From positions 1 to 38,537 of the forward strand of contig LVLI01000288.1 of assembly GCA_001687465.1 (NCBI GenBank): DNA of 38,537 bases. The letters are read 5' to 3'. A model generated the notes under the pieces. The model was not told where the DNA came from, searched no databases, and was given only the letters and a program-made list of their open reading frames with translations. Both the position numbers and the translations under genes were made by a program. Below, piece by piece: positions 33,651 to 38,537 of the stretch. The DNA is from Halocafeteria seosinensis (lineage: Eukaryota). Each line of letters opens with the position of its first letter. Within the stretch, counting starts at the first letter, position 1.

Positions 33651-36600
33651 ATGCAGACCATGCAGGAATCGGTGGCCGTATGCATCCGCATACGGCCAAT
33701 GGGACAATCAGAGAAAACCGATAATTCTGAGAAGGTCTGGAGCTTGGTTCCAGGAACGACCAACGAGATCGAAGGAAAGTATGGCGAGAGAGATAGTATC
33801 CGGAAAGCATTCGGTGAGTTCACCTAAGATACGAGCTCAACACCTACAAGCACTTTAACGATACCATCCACTGCTTACAGATCACGTGTTTGATGACTCT
33901 GCCGATACATACGAAGTTTACGAGCGTAGTGCGCAGCGCATCGTGAGGTCAGTTGTTCATGGGTACAATGGCACGATTTTCGCGTATGGCCAGACAGCTG
34001 CCGGAAAGACTTACACAATGCAAGGTACGTTCATAACCAGTGCTGTTGACTGTTCTAAATATTTATTACTCGGTTTTTGTGATGCAGGTAGCGAAAATTC
34101 CCCGGGGATCTTGAGATTAGCGGTAGATGATATTCTGGATCAGATTTCTAAAGTATGATATCTCTCAGGAAACAGTTTATGTATACTAGCAAATGTTTAC
34201 CCTATATCCCTTCAGACTGAGGATAGAGCCTACCTAATCCGATGTTCTTATCTGGAAATCTACAATGAACGAGTAAGAGATCTTCTTCCTAAGGAAGGCC
34301 AATCCGAGTATCCAAAAGTGCGACAGGATAAAGAGGGGGTTAGTTCTGGACAGGCAAAAGCCTTAAGTTGGCTACGGTAGATAATTTTTCTTCAATGCTG
34401 CAGAATCCACACGTGGAAAGCAATGAAGAGTGCATCTCCACTGCGGAAGAAGCGCTGCAAGTCCTGGAGCAAGGAGAAAGGAGAAGAACTGTGGCGGAAA
34501 CAGGGAAGAATGAAAAATCCTCTAGATCACACTCCATTTTTCGGCTTGTTGTTGAAAGTCATGCCAACGGTAACGCTGCAGATGCACAGAGCGTGCTCGT
34601 GGGAGAACTAAACTTGGTCGACCTGGCTGGTTCAGAAAATGCCACCGCATCTGAGAACGTCACAGGTGGTGGAGACAGACTAAGGGAATCATCCCATATT
34701 AACAAGAGTCTATCCACTCTCAGCCGTGTGATAAATGAGTTGCCTTCCGCCAAAGCGACCGGAAAGCGTGTCTCGTTTCGTGACTCTAAGCTAACGTACC
34801 TATTGCAGTCTTCCCTGGGTGGCAACTCACGGATTGCTGCCATTTGCTGTGTGTCCCCGGCAAACTCGTGCTGGAAGGAAACGAAAAGCACATTAAATTT
34901 TGCGTCTTCAGCCAAGAAAGTATCATTGTCTGTGAAAGCCAATGCTGTTGTTGACGACCAAACTAAAATCAAGCATATGCGAAACGAGCTGGCACGTCTA
35001 AAACAGGAGCTTGAGCGAGCAAAGAAAGGAGAAACAACAACCGGATCCGACAGCAAAGTAGACGAGGAAGGTGAGCAACCACCAAGCCAAGGCTCTGAGC
35101 AGAGCACCAGAGCGGCAGAGTACGAAAAACTGATTGAGATTTTACGAAGACAAGTGCTAATCGGAGGGGCAGCTTCAAGAAATGCTTTCGAGACCGATGG
35201 ACGCACGCGGGCCGTGGATGAAGCTGCTCGAAGAGCCAAAAAAGGCAGACAGAAACGCCACAGGGAAACATGGTGCGGGACGTTGCTACCAGACGGTACC
35301 GAAGGAGGTGGCATCCGCGCAGCGGATGTCGGATTGCGGGAGGAGGGGAAGGAGCACGAAAAAGATCAGCTCAAGCGTGACTTCATCCAAGAAGGACAAG
35401 CATCGGAGCAGCCAAAGAAGCAGAAAAGAGAGGAAGAAAGCGCAGTAGACGAGGAGAAAGAAAAAATGAAGGAGCAGATTGAGAACCTGCGTGAGAGCCT
35501 GCGAAAGTTGGAAGAGGAAAAGGATTCAGAGCTGTCTCACAAACAGATGCAAGCAGACAGAGCTGTTCAGGAAAAGAACGAAAAAGATGCACACCTGTCA
35601 GAGGCCTTACGGAAACAGGATGAAGCTAACAAAGAAATTGTATCCCTTAGAGAACGCGTTGCTAAATTAGATAAGGCCAAACTAACAAAGGGACAGGTTC
35701 AAAGACTCTCAGAGCTGAAGACAGAGAGAGATTCCTTGAGGGCTAAAGTTCCTCGTTTGGAAGAAGAACTAAATCAACTCAAAAGATCAAAGGCGGATAT
35801 GGCCGACGAAGAGCAAGAGAGGACTACGTTGAAACTACAACAAACTGAAAAGTCCCTCGAGAATATGCACGTCAAATACCGTGAGGCAGTGGAAGATGGC
35901 AAAACAAACGAGAGCATGCTAGAAAATGTCATTGGCTCTCTGGCGAGCTTTACCTCAATGTCGGTACAGCTGGCCCAAGAATTTCGTTTTGTAGGATCAG
36001 AGGAAGGACCCACAGTACCTAACGCTGGTGACTTGTCCAAGGGAGTACAGGACGCATTTAGGCAATTGACAAAGAGTGCGGGAATCACAGGTGATGAAAC
36101 TGAAAGTCTTCCCACCGGCGTGCTTGACAACTTGAGCGAAGGCGTGCAGTTTAGAGATGAAGAAACTATCAAGGCGTCTTTAGATCTGATCCAAACGATG
36201 CTCTCGACGATCTCAGAGGGACTCAGGACCACTATTCGGGATCGTCTCAGGATAATGGAAGTCAAAAATTCGTTGAAAGAGGAAGTAGACTCGCTCCAAC
36301 AACGCATACACGACAAGAGCGAGGAGTCGGCAAGGGAACATGAGCAACACCAGCAGGAACTGGCCGAGAAAACAGAGTATTTGAACGAATGCCGATCATC
36401 GCTGGCTCAGAGGGATGCTGATGTCGCAAAGAAAGACGAAGAAATCGAACGGTTGACGAACGTCGAAGTGCAGCTCCGGGACCGATTGCAGGAGCTGCAA
36501 AATACCGCTGACCAGCGGAAGCAGCAGGTGGAGAATCTTGAGTACGATAAAGATCAAATTGAGCAAGCGAAGAATGAGATTAACAAAAAGCTCCAGTACA

Positions 36601-37079
36601 CCGAGGATCAGCTCTCCCAATCCCGGGAAGAACATCGGAACGGAGTAAAATTCTTAGAACAGGAAAACCTCGAACTAATGCTGGAGGTCCGAAGCCTGCG
36701 ACAATCGCTTAACACTATGGAACAGAAACTAGAAAACAACGAGGGCAGTCAACGAACGGTTTCCAAGGAACCCATACAGACTCTCTCAACTGACAGTAGT
36801 AACAGTGTCTCACCAGAGACCAGAGCCGCATACAACGCAACATCGGCAGGATACACGACGAACGTTCATACTGCATCCCAAGAAGATGGCTCGAGACCCG
36901 CGCTTTCTGAAAGAAATGTAAACGTTGTGGAAGAAGACAATGACTTTGAATCACTCAAGTCGCCAGGTGCTTGTAAACAAAACAAGTCCCGAAACAGTCA
37001 AAGAGAATCTCTTGCTCGTCCTCGACTGGATTTGGGAATGCAAGAAGAAGATCAAACAGGTGAGTGTGCTCAGCAATAA
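33651..37079 (+). CDS. Kinesin-7 (CENP-E-like) motor with coiled-coil stalk and C-terminal CaaX box
   Basis: Exons 33651 (or 33660)-33813, 33881-34024, 34088-34152, 34216-34338, 34404-37079. VAVCIRIRP, GYNGTIFAYGQTAAGKT, SYLEIYNE, NEKSSRSH, LVDLAGSE, INKSL, FRDSKLT, SLGGN. Post-neck RHRETWC; ends GECAQQ. Confidence 0.92.
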
Positions 37080-37489
37080 CTGCATCAATAATATCAAACA
37101 TATCCTAATCTAATGTGCAACATTATTATTTCTTCCGGCTGTCTTGACGTTCGTTGTAGCGACTGTCAGCGGAAATTCCGCTGCGGAATTCTTCCTTTCC
37201 TAAAAGAAAAAGTTCCTCTGGAAAGTTTCCAGTTTATGAAGTCTATTAGGATTGTTCATGTGTGTGAGTACTGTAATATTTAAAGAAGCATGTTGTTTTG
37301 TCCTCTCTGATACTGTTTTCGTTTGTATTATATTGTCCTGTGTAACCAGTACGTATAGCAGAGCCTTCTTGCTTTTGCTGTTTTCTGTTTGAGAAGCCAG
37401 TATCACTTATTCGACGTAGGTAGGTCCTTTATTGAGAAGCACGTCCCAAGGCCTGAAAGAGGAGTATCCAAAGGAAGAAAAGGACGCGT

Positions 37490-38336
37490 GGAAGGGTTGT
37501 TGTAAACGTATGTACCATCGGGGTGGGTAAAACTCTAACTAACTATTTACATTGACGAAGCCGAAGGGATCTCCGGTAAAGAAAAAGTGTCAGTTTTTGG
37601 CAGGGGAAAGGCCTCACCGCGTGTTAGCTTTTCCGTACTGTGCAGTACCGATCGTGACTGTCGATGTACAATTGTAGGGAGTACAAGTTGCATAAGATGA
37701 TTTGCACGCAAATGGAGTCGAACCTATTCCTATATGCTGGAGGCACGGAGCAATCAGAGCACGATCCCCGTAACATGAGTGAACTATCGAAGACCAAATT
37801 CCGAGAAGTAGTTCGAAATGCCAGCGTTGTCGAAAAGGGGGGAATTGTGCATAAGTTCATAAGAGAAGTAAGGGAAGGAAAGTTGGAGGTGGCGAAACGC
37901 CTACTAGTTTCAGCAAGGGATACAGATTCACCTCAAGGGGCTTCAAGTGCTCCAACCTTGGCCGAGAGGTTAGAGGAGATCTTGGAGAACGAGCAACAAT
38001 CCAAGCCCTGGATCGAAGTGGGGACAGGTTCATTGGAAATTAAGGGACACAACTTTCCCGACGATATTTTATCCGACGTAACAAGCCGCTGGTATGGCAA
38101 GGATGGTGAATTAATCTGTGCTTGCTACGTTGTCTCAGTTGCTACGTTGTCTCAGTTGCTGAAGAGGAGCATGCCGATGGTTTTCTGCGTCCTGTACTGT
38201 CGTGGAGCGGAAATTATCGGCTTAGGACTGGTTTCTTTAGGCCGGCTTCTATCTCGCCACCACGAGTGGATCACGTGTGCGTGGCAGTATGGCCCGTTCT
38301 TGAATCCGTCACTCATTCCCGGTTGACTTCCGAGAG
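37490..38336 (+). pseudogene. Decayed ORF, tentatively Crinkler/RHS-type P-loop NTPase plus nuclease relic
   Basis: GRVVVNVCTIGVGKTL (Walker-A-like, 37490-37537) is in frame with ORF 37664 but separated from it by stops. A 17-bp tandem duplication (38122-38155) shifts the frame, and the 3' end runs into a retroelement. Confidence 0.35.
38122..38160. repeat. Exact 17-bp tandem duplication TTGCTACGTTGTCTCAG x2
   Basis: Copies at 38122-38138 and 38139-38155, followed by a partial TTGCT. Confidence 0.95.
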
Positions 38337-38537
38337 CACACACACACACACAAATGTGACAGATAGCCCACCGGCCGGGAAGTTGACCACATCCTCTTAA
38401 CGAGGAGCGGTAAGCGCCCGTGTTAAGCAGCGACGGGCCCGCTGTTCCTGCAGCCTTGCTGACATGCGCCGTGGGGGAACACAGCACTGGTTAAGCTCAG
38501 GAGGCATCGGGGGAGGAGCCATGCCTGCGCCCACAAT
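38337..38537 (-). mobile_element. 3' end of a longer copy of the (TG)n-tailed non-LTR retroelement; probably runs off the right edge
   Basis: (CA)8 at 38337-38352, then the reverse complement of 1793-1887 through 38447. GC-rich sequence continues to the window end. Confidence 0.8.

Noticed and set aside
3002..34215. TGA read-through: several in-frame gaps (3002-3064, 12474-12542, 13073-13189, 31870-31938, 34153-34215) contain TGA as their only stop
   Set aside because: Each has canonical GT...AG ends and near-typical intron length, and where the family is well known removal restores contiguous motifs. They are introns, not recoded exons.
5085..36954. Numerous 60-250 aa antisense or alternate-frame ORFs inside the Pro-rich gene, PDS5, the coiled-coil gene, MMS19 and kinesin
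   Set aside because: Shadow ORFs caused by the codon bias of the real genes; none has recognisable motifs.
1793..38447. Inverted ~100-bp repeats flanking the whole 36-kb gene block, suggesting a giant TIR transposon or endogenous virus
   Set aside because: The left copy has its own 9-bp TSD and both have microsatellite tails pointing inward, so they are independent retro-insertions. The enclosed genes are intron-containing housekeeping genes with no transposase, integrase or capsid.

Overview
Eukaryotic nuclear DNA from a compact, gene-dense protist genome. The 18S sequence and gene content look stramenopile-like; finer placement needs a search. The window starts inside an 18S rRNA gene (minus strand, 5' 623 nt). 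About 1.9 kb of repeat and relic sequence follows, then an unbroken block of 14 protein genes: RIOK3-like kinase, a Pro-rich orphan, PDS5, PDH E1-alpha, RPL17, ATP6AP2-like, a trichohyalin-like coiled coil, MMS19, a Cys-to-Ser dual-specificity pseudophosphatase, ICMT, GLTP/CPTP, VPS20, NOP16 and a CENP-E-like kinesin-7. I reconstructed 36 short GT-AG coding introns (59-117 nt) by hand. The window ends in a decayed ORF (possibly Crinkler/RHS-type NTPase-nuclease) interrupted by a (TG)n-tailed retroelement. A 106-bp 5'-truncated copy of the same element, with a 9-bp target-site duplication, lies at 1793-1898. Most genes are ordinary housekeeping genes and I see no clear-cut novel system. The best leads are the retroelement family with a hairpin micro-inversion, a RIOK3-type kinase next to a non-tandem rDNA edge, a candidate H/ACA-like RNA upstream of RPL17, very tight convergent gene ends, and the absence of TGA stops.
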